DNA of 64,000 nucleotides, taken from NCBI GenBank assembly GCA_031409275.1, contig JANNXA010000037.1, positions 1 to 64,000 on the forward strand. The letters are read 5' to 3'. How positions within the stretch are numbered: position 1 is the first letter of the stretch; each line of letters starts with the position of its first letter. Position numbers and translations under genes: made by a program. The notes beneath the pieces are model-generated. The model saw only the letters and a program-made list of their open reading frames with translations, did not search any database and had not been told where the DNA came from. The stretch is from Planctomycetota bacterium. Lineage in GTDB: Bacteria > Planctomycetota > B15-G4 > SIAN01. Below, piece by piece: positions 1 to 9,849 of this stretch.

Positions 1-152
1 GGCTCGGTCTGCCGACTCCGTACTTCGTCGAGAAAGCGCGCTTCTTCCTCAGCGGGTCAGCAAACCCGCATCGTCGAAGTCGCACTTCCCCTCCTCGTCC
101 AGAGCCGACATCCCGTCGCCTCGCAACGGGGATCATGAATAAGACGGGCTAG
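1..152. mobile_element. MITE-like repeat family A, copy 1 (left end cut by window edge)
   Basis: Colinear with 8110..8292 (e.g. CCTCAGCGGGTC, CCTCCTCGTCC, GCCGACATCCCGTCGCCTCGC); ends in GACGGGCTAG. Confidence 0.75.
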
Positions 153-214
153 CCCGCTTGATTCATGAGCCCCTGCTGCGGCCCGGTCTCTCGACGCATG
201 ACATCGTCGGAGCC
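149..214. repeat. Partial second copy of repeat family A abutting copy 1 and sharing the CTAG
   Basis: CTAGCCCGCTTGATTCATGAGCCCCTGCTGCGGCCCGGTCT matches the left end of 8110..8292; similarity is lost after about 214. Confidence 0.65.
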
Positions 215-363
215 ACCGTCGGGCGAGTCGCACCTACGCCGCCGATTCCTGGACGTTGGGCCGGCGATTTCCGCCGCATCAGGGGTTTGGCGCACCGAGC
301 CGGGCAACTGCCCCGTTGATTCCGCGCGCGCCGTGGTGACGATGGTCGCCCAGAGGTGATCCC

Positions 364-624
364 ATGAAGACTGGTCGCAACGACCCGTGCCCTTGCGGCT
401 CGGGTCAGAAGTACAAGAAGTGCTGCGAGGAAAAGGACGACGCCAAGCGCGCGGAAGCGCTGGCGGCCGAGAACGCCGCGCTGAAGGACACGCTCGACGC
501 CGACGAGGCCGAGAAGGTCAAGCGGCACGACGACGCGACGACCTTGCGCGAGGGGTTCAACTCGCGCGCCAAGCAGGCCGCGCCGGGCATGCGCGCACCG
601 AGCATCCGCAAGCGCACCGTCTGA
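364..624 (+). CDS. SEC-C metal-binding motif small protein
   Basis: N-terminal [25 protein letters not shown] upstream. Confidence 0.9.
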   Translation: MKTGRNDPCPCGSGQKYKKCCEEKDDAKRAEALAAENAALKDTLDADEAEKVKRHDDATTLREGFNSRAKQAAPGMRAPSIRKRTV

Positions 625-649
625 ACGCGGCCCGCGAGCGCGGAGATCG

Positions 650-2353
650 ATGATGCAGGTGCCGCTCGGCGAGACCGCGCTGTTGGTCCAGCTTGGGGAC
701 GCAGCCGACGATGCCGCGGCCAGGCGCGTGCGTGCGCTTGTCGAGGCGTTGGCGGCGGCACGCCTTCCAGGGGTGAGCGACCTGGTTGCGGCGCACACGA
801 CGATCACGGTCCATTGCACCGAGCCGTCGGTGCGCCCGGCGATCGAGCGTTGGATCGAGCGCTGGACCGACGAGCACGCGCGATCGAACGACGTCAACGC
901 CATGGGCGAAGCCAACGGAGCGCCTGCGCGCGAGCTCGTGGTGCCGGTGAGCTACGGCGGCCGCTTCGGCGAGGACCTTGCCGCGGTCGCCGACCACTGC
1001 GGATTGACCCCGTCGGCGGTGATCGAGGCGCACGCGGCAGCGCGTTACGTGGTGCGCGCGATCGGCTTCACGCCGGGATTCCCCTACCTGGCGGGGTTGC
1101 CGCCGCAGCTTGCGGTGCCGCGCCGGCGGACGCCGCGGCTCGCGGTCGCGGCGGGCAGCGTGGCGATCGGCGGCGCGCAGACCGGCATCTACTCGATCGA
1201 GTCGCCAGGTGGCTGGCATGTGATCGGCCGCACCCATCTGGCGCTGTTCGATCCGATCCGCACGCCGGCGACCCTCCTTTCGCTGGGCGATGGCGTGCGC
1301 TTCGAGCCGATCGCCGCGACGACGTTTCGTCGGCGCCTGCGCACGCTGCCACCGACGCCGCGCGCCGCTGCGCGCCCGCGCCGTGTGTCCGAGGCGCTCT
1401 TCGAGGTCGTGGAGGCAGGGCCGCAGACCACGTTGCAGGACCTCGGTCGCCCCGGTCTTCAGGCGCAGGGGATCACCCCCGGCGGCGCGCTCGACACGCA
1501 GGCATTGCGGCTCGCCAATCGTCTGGTCGGCAACGCCGACGCGACGCTCGGGCTCGAGTTCGGGCTGGTGGGGCCGCAGTTGCGTGCGCGACGAGCGTTG
1601 CGCCTGGCGCTCACCGGCGCGAGCGTGGCGAAGGTGCCGGGCGGTCGACCCTTCGAGGTCGAGGCGGGGACGCTGCTCGACCTTCGTCTGGTGACGCGTG
1701 GCGCACGCGGCTACCTCGCGGTGGCCGGCGGCTTCGACGTGCCGCCCGTGCTTGGCGGCCGCGGCACCGATCTGCGCGCGCGCTTCGGCGGACTCGACGG
1801 CCGCGCGCTGCAGGCGGGCGACCGGCTGTTCGGACCGCGTGGTGCGCCGCGACTCGCCGCATCGCCGCTGCCGGCCCCGAACTGGTTCGTCGACGCCGCG
1901 CACTTGTGCGGCCGCGATCTGCACGCGCCGATCCGTCTCCTGCGCGGGCCGCAAGCCGATTGGTTCGCGGTGGAGACGTGGAACACGTTGCTCGCGCGTG
2001 CCTTCCTGGTGACGACGCACTCCGATCGCATGGGCGTTCGCCTTGCCGGTCCGCTGCTGCCGCTGGCACAGCCGCGCGAGCTGCTCTCCGAAGGGGTCGT
2101 GGCGGGCACGGTCCAGGTGCCGCCGGACGGCCAGCCCATCGTCCTGCTGGCCGATCGCCAGACGATCGGCGGCTACCCCAAGCTCGCGACGGTGGTCGCC
2201 GCGGATCTGGGACGACTGGCGCAGCGGCGGCCGGGCGACGCGGTGCGCTTCGAAGTGGTCCACCTGGCGACCGCGCATGCGGCGGCCGCCGAAGAGGAGC
2301 GCGCGATGGCGATGCTCGACGTGGCGCTGAAGCTGCATGGTGCGAGGCGCTGA
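650..2353 (+). CDS. pxpBC: 5-oxoprolinase PxpB-PxpC fusion (KipI/KipA-like)
   Basis: PxpB motifs GFTPGFPYL and SPGGWHVIGRT; PxpC motifs TTLQDLGRPG, SDRMGVRL, QTIGGYPK; upstream of pxpA. Confidence 0.9.
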   Translation: MMQVPLGETALLVQLGDAADDAAARRVRALVEALAAARLPGVSDLVAAHTTITVHCTEPSVRPAIERWIERWTDEHARSNDVNAMGEANGAPARELVVPVSYGGRFGEDLAAVADHCGLTPSAVIEAHAAARYVVRAIGFTPGFPYLAGLPPQLAVPRRRTPRLAVAAGSVAIGGAQTGIYSIESPGGWHVIGRTHLALFDPIRTPATLLSLGDGVRFEPIAATTFRRRLRTLPPTPRAAARPRRVSEALFEVVEAGPQTTLQDLGRPGLQAQGITPGGALDTQALRLANRLVGNADATLGLEFGLVGPQLRARRALRLALTGASVAKVPGGRPFEVEAGTLLDLRLVTRGARGYLAVAGGFDVPPVLGGRGTDLRARFGGLDGRALQAGDRLFGPRGAPRLAASPLPAPNWFVDAAHLCGRDLHAPIRLLRGPQADWFAVETWNTLLARAFLVTTHSDRMGVRLAGPLLPLAQPRELLSEGVVAGTVQVPPDGQPIVLLADRQTIGGYPKLATVVAADLGRLAQRRPGDAVRFEVVHLATAHAAAAEEERAMAMLDVALKLHGARR

Positions 2354-2355
2354 AC

Positions 2356-3114
2356 GTGGTGGGCGCGCCGTTCCTGCTCGACTTGAACGGCGATGTCGGC
2401 GAGGGAGTGGGCGACGACGCGCAGCTCCTTCCGCTGCTGACCTCGGCCAACATCGCTTGTGGCGGCCACGCCGGCGATGACGCGACCATGCGCGCGACGC
2501 TCGCCGTGGCGGTACCGGCCGGGGTCGCCGTCGGCGCTCATCCAGGTCATGAAGAGCGTGCCACGTTCGGCCGGGTCGAGCGGCCGATCGCGCCAGCGGA
2601 ACTCGCCGCGCTGATCACCCGCCAGTTCGAGCGGCTGGCCGCGCACGCCGCGCACGCTGGGGTGGCGCTCGCCCACGTGAAGCTGCACGGCGCGCTCTAC
2701 CACCAGGTCGGTCGCGATGCGGCGTTGGCGGCGGCCGCGGTGGCCGCGATCGCGCGGCTCGATCGGACGTTGCGCGTGGTCGGCGCGCCGAACAGCGCGC
2801 TCGCGCTCGCGACGCAAGCGGCGGGCATGCGCTTCGTCGGCGAGGCTTTCGCTGATCGCACCTACCGACGGGATGGAACCCTGACGCCGCGGAGCGAACC
2901 GGGCGCGCTGATCGACGACGAGGAGCGCGCGGTCGCGCAGGTGCTGTCGTTGGTGCAGCGCGGAGTGGTGCGCGCGCAGGATGGCCACGAAGTGGCGCTG
3001 CGCGCCGAGACGATCTGCTTGCACGGCGATGGCCCGCACGCGCTCGCCTTCGCGCGGCGGCTGCGGCGGGAGCTGCTGACGGCGGGCGTCACGTTGCGCG
3101 CGGTGGCGCGCTGA
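2356..3114 (+). CDS. pxpA: 5-oxoprolinase subunit A (LamB/YcsF family)
   Basis: DLNGDVGEG, SANIACGGHAGD, HVKLHGALY, EAFADRTY, TICLHGD; GTG start estimated. Confidence 0.92.
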   Translation: MVGAPFLLDLNGDVGEGVGDDAQLLPLLTSANIACGGHAGDDATMRATLAVAVPAGVAVGAHPGHEERATFGRVERPIAPAELAALITRQFERLAAHAAHAGVALAHVKLHGALYHQVGRDAALAAAAVAAIARLDRTLRVVGAPNSALALATQAAGMRFVGEAFADRTYRRDGTLTPRSEPGALIDDEERAVAQVLSLVQRGVVRAQDGHEVALRAETICLHGDGPHALAFARRLRRELLTAGVTLRAVAR

Positions 3115-3812
3115 TGGAGACGTGGCGCGAGGCGCTGAAGCTGATCGGCGTCGCCATCGTGGCCGCGGGCTTCGCGCTACGGCTCCATCCGCTGCTCGTG
3201 ATCCTGGTGGCGGCGCTCGCGACCGGGTTTGCCGCCGGCATCGGTCCGCTCGCTCTGTTGGCGCTGATCGGCACGCTCTTCGTCGACAACCTCTTCACGA
3301 CGCTGCCGATCGTCCTGCTGATGCCGCTGATCGGGTTGCTCGAAGCGCACGGCTTGCAGGAACGCGCGGCGGCGCTGATCCGGAGTGCGAGCCGAGCGAC
3401 GGCCGGCCGCATCCTGCTCGCCTACCAGGCGCTGCGCGAAGTCACCAGCATGTTCGGATTGGCCATCGGCGGCCATGCGCAGATGATCCGGCCGCTGGTG
3501 GCGCCGATGGCCGAAGCGGCGGCGGCGGCGCGTCGCGGCCCGTTGCCGACGCTGCTGCGCCAGCAGGTACGCGCGCACGCCGCTGCGGCCGAGAACTGGG
3601 GCAACTTCTTCGCCGATGACATCGTGGTGGCGATCGGCCCGGTGCTGCTGATGAAGGGCGTCTTCGAGTCGGCCGGGATCACCGTGTCGATCGCGGCGCT
3701 CGGTGGTTGGGGGCTGCCGAGCGCACTGTTCGCGTTGCTGCTCGGTGCGTGGCGCTTTCGACGTCTCGATCGATCGATCGAACGGCAGATGCCGGCCACG
3801 GAGCCGCCGTGA
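3114..3812 (+). CDS. DUF969 membrane protein (putative 5-oxoproline transporter subunit)
   Basis: Hydrophobic; GGHAQMIRPLVAPMAEAA and ENWGNFF motifs; context between pxpA and pcp. Confidence 0.85.
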   Translation: METWREALKLIGVAIVAAGFALRLHPLLVILVAALATGFAAGIGPLALLALIGTLFVDNLFTTLPIVLLMPLIGLLEAHGLQERAAALIRSASRATAGRILLAYQALREVTSMFGLAIGGHAQMIRPLVAPMAEAAAAARRGPLPTLLRQQVRAHAAAAENWGNFFADDIVVAIGPVLLMKGVFESAGITVSIAALGGWGLPSALFALLLGAWRFRRLDRSIERQMPATEPP

Positions 3813-4771
3813 CGACGCTGCTGCCCGTCGAGCTCTTCCACGCGCTGGCCGGCCTCGTCCTCGTGGCGGTCGCGTTCCAGATCGCGCGCGATCGCAGCCA
3901 CCCGCGCCGATGGGGCAGTGCGGCGTTCTGGGGGCTGCTGGCGTTGACGTTCCTGGCGGGCAAGCGGCTGCCACCACCGCTGGTCGGTGGCTGCGTCGTC
4001 GCGATGGTGGCGCTCGCTGCGTCGAGGCAGGTCGGCGCGCCGCGCCGCGCCGCCGTCGATGCGGCCGTTCGCGCGGCCGAGTCGGAACGGCTGCGCAGCC
4101 GGTTGCTGCTGCCGCCGCTGCTGCTGGCGTTGGTGGCGGCGGCGGGTGCGTTCCTGTTGCCGCGCTTCGTCTGGGACGGCGGACGCCTGGTCGATCCGAA
4201 GCAGGCGACCACCATCGCGCTGGGCCTCGGCGTCGTGGTGGCGCTCTGCTACGCGATGCGGCTGACGCGTGCGCGCGTCGGCGCGCCGCTGCTTGAAGGC
4301 GGGCGCCTGCTGCAGGATCTGGGCTTCGCGCTGATCCTGCCGCAGATGCTGGCGGCGCTTGGCGGGATCTTCGCGAAATGCGGGGTCGGCGAGGTGATCG
4401 CGCACGCGACGTCGGCGCTGCTTCCCACCGGTCAGCCGCTGCTGGCGGTCGTCGCCTACTGCACCGCGATGCCGCTCTTCACCATCCTGATGGGCAACGC
4501 GTTCGCCGCCTTTCCGCTGATCACGTTGGGCATCGGCATCCCGTTCATCGTGCGCCAGCATGGCGGCGACCCGGCGATCGTCGGCGCGTTCGGCATGCTT
4601 TGCGGCTACTGCGGGACGTTGGTGACGCCGATGGCGGCGAACTTCAACCTCGTGCCCGCGGTGCTGCTCGAGCTCGACGATCGCCATGCCGTGATCAAGG
4701 CGCAGGCGCCCTTCGCGCTGGCTTGCTGGCTCTTCAACGTGGTGGCGATGAGCGCGCTGGTCTACCGCTGA
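3809..4771 (+). CDS. DUF979 membrane protein (putative 5-oxoproline transporter subunit)
   Basis: [41 protein letters not shown] overlap with DUF969. Confidence 0.85.
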   Translation: MTTLLPVELFHALAGLVLVAVAFQIARDRSHPRRWGSAAFWGLLALTFLAGKRLPPPLVGGCVVAMVALAASRQVGAPRRAAVDAAVRAAESERLRSRLLLPPLLLALVAAAGAFLLPRFVWDGGRLVDPKQATTIALGLGVVVALCYAMRLTRARVGAPLLEGGRLLQDLGFALILPQMLAALGGIFAKCGVGEVIAHATSALLPTGQPLLAVVAYCTAMPLFTILMGNAFAAFPLITLGIGIPFIVRQHGGDPAIVGAFGMLCGYCGTLVTPMAANFNLVPAVLLELDDRHAVIKAQAPFALACWLFNVVAMSALVYR

Positions 4772-4800
4772 GCGCGGCGTCGCAGGAGGCGAGTGCAACG

Positions 4801-5514
4801 ATGGGGAGCAGGCTGCCGACCGTGTTGGTGACCGGGTTCGAGCCGTTCGATGGCGAGTCGACCAATCCGTCGGCGCAGATCGCGCTTGCGCTCGAGGGCC
4901 GCGTGGTCGCCGGCCATCGCGTAGTCGCGCGCGTGCTGCCGTGCGTGTTCGGACGCGCGCGCGAGGAGCTCCACGCCGCGCTCGCCGACCACGCGCCGCG
5001 CCTGGTGCTGGCGCTCGGCCTGGGCGGCGGGCGCAGCGAAATCAGCGTCGAGCGCATCGCCATCAACGTCGACGACGCGCGCATCGCGGACAACGGCGGT
5101 GCGCAGCCGCTCGACCTGCCCATCGTGCCCGACGGTCCGGCCGCCTACTTCGCGACGCTGCCCATCAAGGCGATCGTCCGCGCGTTGCGCGACGCGGGCA
5201 TCGCGGCGGCTGTTTCTCAGAGCGCGGGCACCTTCGTGTGCAACCACGTCTTCTATTCGCTGCTGCATGCCGTGGCGCGCCGCGGCGACGTGCGCGGCGG
5301 TTTCGTGCACCTGCCGTTCAGCGAAGAGCAGGCGTCGCGTCATCCCGGCGCCCCGACGCTGGCGCTCGACGTGATGGAGCGCGCGGTGCTGCTCGCCCTC
5401 GAGACGGCGCTCAGCCCGTTTGATTCACGATCCCCGTCGCGAGGCGACGGGATGTCGGCGCAGGACGAGGATGGAAATCGCGGCTCCGACGATGCGGGTT
5501 TGCTGACCCGCTGA
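4801..5514 (+). CDS. pcp: Pyroglutamyl-peptidase I; C-terminal tail read from repeat A
   Basis: [33 protein letters not shown] (catalytic Cys), GFVHLP. Confidence 0.93.
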   Translation: MGSRLPTVLVTGFEPFDGESTNPSAQIALALEGRVVAGHRVVARVLPCVFGRAREELHAALADHAPRLVLALGLGGGRSEISVERIAINVDDARIADNGGAQPLDLPIVPDGPAAYFATLPIKAIVRALRDAGIAAAVSQSAGTFVCNHVFYSLLHAVARRGDVRGGFVHLPFSEEQASRHPGAPTLALDVMERAVLLALETALSPFDSRSPSRGDGMSAQDEDGNRGSDDAGLLTR

Positions 5515-5594
5515 GGAAGGAACGCGGTTTTCCGACGATGTCAGGCGCCGACAGACCGAGCCGCAGCAGGGGTTTCGTGAAGAAGACGGGCTAG
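5411..5594. mobile_element. MITE-like repeat family A, copy 2 (inverted)
   Basis: Reverse complement of 8110..8292 with scattered mismatches; imperfect TIRs TCAGCCCGTTTGATTCACGA ... TCGTGAAGAAGACGGGCTAG. Confidence 0.8.
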
Positions 5595-5657
5595 GGGAAC
5601 AGGGTGAGCGAGCACGGCGGGGCGATCGCCTGAGCGCCTCGCTGCGCACGCCGCGGA

Positions 5658-7706
5658 TCAGCCGCCGCCCGCTTCCTTCGCGCGCATCCGCGCCAGCACC
5701 CCTTCGGGCAGCTTCTCCAGCAGCGGGTGATCGGGCGGCACATCGATCGCCACGCCGCGCTTCTTCAGCTCGCGCATCACGGAGCTGAGCATCCGATCGA
5801 TGCGGCGGCGCTCCTCGGCGTTCGGGGCATTCTTCGCGTGTTGTTGCAGCCAGAAGGCGCCGCGCGCGTGTTCGCCCTTCTGGCCGTGGTACTGCGCCAA
5901 CCACTCGTACGCCTTGGTGAAGCGCGGCTCGATCGCCACCACCTTCATCATCTCGCGCACGGCCCACTCTTCGTGGCCGGTCTGCTGGTAGCACAGCGCG
6001 AGGTTGAAGCGCGAGCCCGCCTCGGCGACTTCGCTGGTGCAGAGGCGCTCGAACGCTTCGAGTGCCGCCGTGAAGTCGCCGAGCGTCAGCAGCAGGAACC
6101 CCTCGATCTTGTCGATCTCGCCGTCGCGCGGATTCGCGGCGCGCACTTTCGCCACCAGTGCGCGCGCCTCCTGCAGCTTCTGGCGCCCCTGCTCCTGGCG
6201 TTGCAGCCGCGTCGCTTCGGGCAGCGCCGCGAAGGAGGCGGCGGTCGCCGGGTCGAGCCCCATCATCACGCGGCCTTGCTGCACCAGCTCGCGAGCTCGC
6301 ATCGACAGCGCGAGGTCGCCGATCCGCTCGCGCGGCTCGGGCAGCGAAGCGTCGAACGGATCCTCCGCCGACGCGCCGGCGACGTAGCCCAGTTTCGCGA
6401 GCGCGGCACGGTCGGCGTCGGTGAGCGAGTGGTTCTCCTGCCAGCCGAGCGCCGCGCTCTCCGCCACCAGGGCGCGCAGCCGCTCCTGCATCCGCGCCAC
6501 GAGGTCGGGCTCGTCGGGGCCGCGGTCGTGCGCTTCTTGCGGATCATCGGCGAGGCGGAACAGCTGCGGATCGCGACCTTGGATCAGCTTCCAGCCGTTC
6601 CAGACCAGCGCCTGCAAGGGATGCCAGCGGTAGGAGTGGAACGGCAGCAGCGATTCGACGTAGATCGCGCGATCCGCATCGGGTTGCGCGATCGTCTGCA
6701 GCAGCGAGCGCGCCGCGGTGGCGGCTAGGCCGTCGGTGGCGAGTCCGGCGAGCTCGAGCAGCGTCGGCGCGACGTCCGTGATCGAGACCGGTTCGGAGAC
6801 GCGGCGCGCCGCCGGCACGCGACCCGGCGCGTGGACGATCAGCGGCACGTGCGCGGTCGCGTCGTAGATGAAGATGCCGTGGGTCGACTCGCCGTGCTGA
6901 TCAAGGCTGTCGCCGTGGTCGGAGGTCATCACCAGCGCGACGTTGCGGCCGTCCGCCCCGAGGCCGCGCAGCAGCAGGTCGAGTTGCGCGTCGCAGAAGG
7001 CGATCTCGGCGTCGTACGCCTCCTTGAAGCGTCCTTCGAATCCGTGCGGCACCTCGTAGGGCGCGTGCGGGTCGTAGAAGTGGACGAAGAGGAAGGCACG
7101 CTCGCCGGGCTTGACCCCGGTGAACCACTGCAGCGTGCGTTCGACCACGACGTCCGCTCGCCGCTCGATGACGTTCAAGGTGTCGCCGGCGCGCTCGGTG
7201 GTGGGGCCGTCATAGAGCTCGAAGCCCTGGTCGAGCCCGTAGCGGCGGTCAAGGATCATCGTTCCGACGAAGGCCGCGGTCCGCCAACCCGCTTCCTGGA
7301 AGAGCTCCGACACCAGGCGCGCCTGGTCGGAGAGTTCGAAGAGGCCGTTGGTGCGGATGCCATGCGCCGGCGGCAGGACCCCGGTCAGCATCGACGTATG
7401 CGAGGGCATGGTCAGCGGCGCGACCGCGCGCGCCTGCTCGAAGAGGGCGCCTTCGTTTGCGAGCCGATCGAGCGTTGGCGTGGCGCGGGCGATGGCTCCG
7501 TAGGCGCCGACATGGTCGGCGCGCGTCGTGTCGAAGCTCATCAACACGACGACGTCAGGGGGCGCGAAGTCGGTCGGACTCGGAGTGGCCGCCGGCGACG
7601 CCTTCGGCGCGGCGCCGTCCGAGGGCTCGTTGCAACTCGTCAGCGCGAGGCTGAAGAGCGCGGCGCCGGCGGCGCAGTTCAAGCCGGCGCGGCGCGGCGG
7701 CGTCAT
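5658..7706 (-). CDS. Sulfatase-like hydrolase/transferase with C-terminal TPRs, lipoprotein
   Basis: FDTTRADH, APLTMPSH, HFYDPH, SDHG, LAKLGY; signal ending LALTSC; helical repeats at C-terminus. Confidence 0.85.
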   Translation of the reverse strand: MTPPRRAGLNCAAGAALFSLALTSCNEPSDGAAPKASPAATPSPTDFAPPDVVVLMSFDTTRADHVGAYGAIARATPTLDRLANEGALFEQARAVAPLTMPSHTSMLTGVLPPAHGIRTNGLFELSDQARLVSELFQEAGWRTAAFVGTMILDRRYGLDQGFELYDGPTTERAGDTLNVIERRADVVVERTLQWFTGVKPGERAFLFVHFYDPHAPYEVPHGFEGRFKEAYDAEIAFCDAQLDLLLRGLGADGRNVALVMTSDHGDSLDQHGESTHGIFIYDATAHVPLIVHAPGRVPAARRVSEPVSITDVAPTLLELAGLATDGLAATAARSLLQTIAQPDADRAIYVESLLPFHSYRWHPLQALVWNGWKLIQGRDPQLFRLADDPQEAHDRGPDEPDLVARMQERLRALVAESAALGWQENHSLTDADRAALAKLGYVAGASAEDPFDASLPEPRERIGDLALSMRARELVQQGRVMMGLDPATAASFAALPEATRLQRQEQGRQKLQEARALVAKVRAANPRDGEIDKIEGFLLLTLGDFTAALEAFERLCTSEVAEAGSRFNLALCYQQTGHEEWAVREMMKVVAIEPRFTKAYEWLAQYHGQKGEHARGAFWLQQHAKNAPNAEERRRIDRMLSSVMRELKKRGVAIDVPPDHPLLEKLPEGVLARMRAKEAGGG

Positions 7707-7716
7707 TCGCGCGCGT

Positions 7717-8049
7717 TCAGCTCTGCGCCGTCGAGCTCGGCGGTGTTTCGACGGTGGCCGCAGGCGCTGCCGCTTCGGCTGGCGCCGTGCCGGTGGGTGC
7801 CATCGCGGCGATCGTCGCCGCGGGCGCCGCAATCCCCTCGCGCGGGGTGGTTGCCTTGGCGCTCTGGACCCGACGGTCGGCGGCGTCCACCTCGTCGTCG
7901 ACGTCCTTCAGGCCGCGCTTGAACTGGTTCACCGACTTGCCAAGCGAGCGCGCCACGTCGGGAAGCCGGCCACCGAACATCAGCAAGCCGAGCATCAGGA
8001 TGATCAGCAGCTCCGGCGCGCCGATCGGTCCGAGTAGTGCGAGCGTCAT
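7717..8049 (-). CDS. tatA: Twin-arginine translocase TatA/TatE subunit
   Basis: IGAPELLIIL..LLMFGGRLPDVARSLGKSVNQFKRG. Confidence 0.92.
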   Translation of the reverse strand: MTLALLGPIGAPELLIILMLGLLMFGGRLPDVARSLGKSVNQFKRGLKDVDDEVDAADRRVQSAKATTPREGIAAPAATIAAMAPTGTAPAEAAAPAATVETPPSSTAQS

Positions 8050-8109
8050 CGCGAGCTCCGTCGTGCTTGCGGGATCAAGGGGCGTTCCCCGTACGAGCGA
8101 GGTGGCACT

Positions 8110-8292
8110 CTAGCCCGCTTCATTCACGAGCGCCTGCTGCGGCTCGGTCTGTCGACGCATGTCATCGTCGGAAAACCGCGTCCTTTCCTCAGCGGGTCGG
8201 CAGACCCGCATCGTCGGAGCCGCGATTTCCCTCCTCGTCCTGCGCCGACATCCCGTCGCCTCGCGACGGGGCTCGTGAATCATGCGGGGTAG
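8110..8292. mobile_element. MITE-like repeat family A, copy 3
   Basis: 22-bp TIRs with 19/22 identity (CTAGCCCGCTTCATTCACGAGC vs CTACCCCGCATGATTCACGAGC on the other strand); internal hairpins; no transposase. Confidence 0.8.
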
Positions 8293-8433
8293 GAGGCGGT
8301 GCACGGAATTGCAGCTCGCATGACGAGGCGCCGCCGGCGTGTCGGCGGGTGGTTACCATCCCCGCCCGCAGCGCTTCCACGCTGCAGGGGGCTTCGCGCC
8401 GGCGATCTGCGGCGCTGCGGAGGTCGACGCGTC

Positions 8434-9849
8434 ATGCCGTTCCTCGTTGGATTCACCCTGCTCGCCGCGTTGGCGCAGGTTCCATCTGCCCCCGCCGTCG
8501 ACGACACCTCCACCCGTGCCGCCATTTCGCACGCCTCCGAGGCGGAGCTGGCCGGCGACCCCGCGCGCGCTGAAGAGCTCTTGCGAGCCGCGCTCGATCA
8601 GGACGAGCGCAGCGTCGCGCTGCATGTCGCGCTCGGTCGATTGCTCTATGCGCACGATCAGGGTGCCGAGGGACTCGGGCTGCTTTGGCGCGCGACCGAG
8701 CTTGGGCGTCGCGACGTCGCTGCCGCCGTCGCGCTCGCGGACGTCCTGCTGGAAGAGCGCGACTCCTTCGAGGCGGAAGGCGACTCCTCGAACGCGGAGG
8801 CGAACCTGCAGCGCGCGAAGGAGGTCCTCGATCGCGTGAAGGCGGAGCCGCAAGCCGCGTCGGCCGAGTACCGGACGCGGCGAGTGCGCGTGCTGAATCG
8901 CGTCGAGGGCGGCGGCGCGGAAGCGTTCGAGCTCGCCGCGAAACTGGTGGAGGAGGCGCCCGCCGATCTCGAACGCCACGCCCTGCTGGCCGATGCGGCG
9001 ACGGCCGGCCGCGCGTTCGACCCTGCGCTCGCCTGGTACGCCGCCGCCGAGTTGGAACCGTGGGTGGCGGCCTGGTTCAGCGCGGGGATCCTGGCGGCGC
9101 GCGCGACCTGGAACTTCAACAACTACGTCGACGACGGCAAGGCGATCGCGGACTACGTCGCCGCCGAGCAGCGCATGTCGATGGCGGCGCGCTTGAACGA
9201 CGAGTTGTTCGACGCCGCCAGCGAACGGATCAGCTACTACCGCTCCTGGTCGGGCTGGATCCTCCATCGGCAGGAACGCTACGACGAAGCGTTCGACCGC
9301 TTCATTTCGGCGTGGGGGCGCAATCCCGCCAACGAGAACGCCATCGCCGGCGTCTTCTGGATCTGCGGCCGCTGGTACGAGCTCGGCAACCTCGATCAGG
9401 CGCGCGAGGGCTATCGGCAGGCGTGCGTGCTGGCACCGCAGCGGCCGGAGTTCTGGAACAACTACGCGCTGATCTGTCGCGACTCCGGCCACTACGAAGA
9501 GAGCTTCCGGGCCTATCGGCGCACGCTCGAGCTGACGCCGGATGATCCACGGATCATCAATGACTGCGCGCTGATCCTGCAGTACCACCTGAAGCGCGAC
9601 CTCGACCTCGCGCAGCGCTGGTACGTGCAGGCCGAGGACCTCGCGCGCGCCAACCTCGCGGCCGCCGAGGCCGACGTCGATGAGGCGCGCGCCGCCGAGC
9701 AGCGCGCGATCCTCGGGGATGCATTGGTCAACCTCGCGCGCCTCTTCGGCGACCAAGGCAAGCTCGCGGAGTCCGCCGAGCATTGGAACGAGCTGCGCGC
9801 CATCGACCCGACGCGCGACGAGCTGCCCGAGAATCAGCCGCAGAAATGA
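8434..9849 (+). CDS. Secreted TPR-repeat protein
   Basis: Signal peptide MPFLVGFTLLAALAQ; TPR-like repeats (PEFWNNYALICRDSGHYEESFRAYRRTLELTPDD). Confidence 0.8.
   Translation: MPFLVGFTLLAALAQVPSAPAVDDTSTRAAISHASEAELAGDPARAEELLRAALDQDERSVALHVALGRLLYAHDQGAEGLGLLWRATELGRRDVAAAVALADVLLEERDSFEAEGDSSNAEANLQRAKEVLDRVKAEPQAASAEYRTRRVRVLNRVEGGGAEAFELAAKLVEEAPADLERHALLADAATAGRAFDPALAWYAAAELEPWVAAWFSAGILAARATWNFNNYVDDGKAIADYVAAEQRMSMAARLNDELFDAASERISYYRSWSGWILHRQERYDEAFDRFISAWGRNPANENAIAGVFWICGRWYELGNLDQAREGYRQACVLAPQRPEFWNNYALICRDSGHYEESFRAYRRTLELTPDDPRIINDCALILQYHLKRDLDLAQRWYVQAEDLARANLAAAEADVDEARAAEQRAILGDALVNLARLFGDQGKLAESAEHWNELRAIDPTRDELPENQPQK

Noticed and set aside
364..624. secA fragment
   Set aside because: The SEC-C motif is N-terminal in a standalone ORF with its own RBS; no SecA ATPase sequence upstream
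8110..8380. Small ORFs within repeat A (also 165..359)
   Set aside because: Translations of the repeat with no transposase motifs; not consistently open across copies
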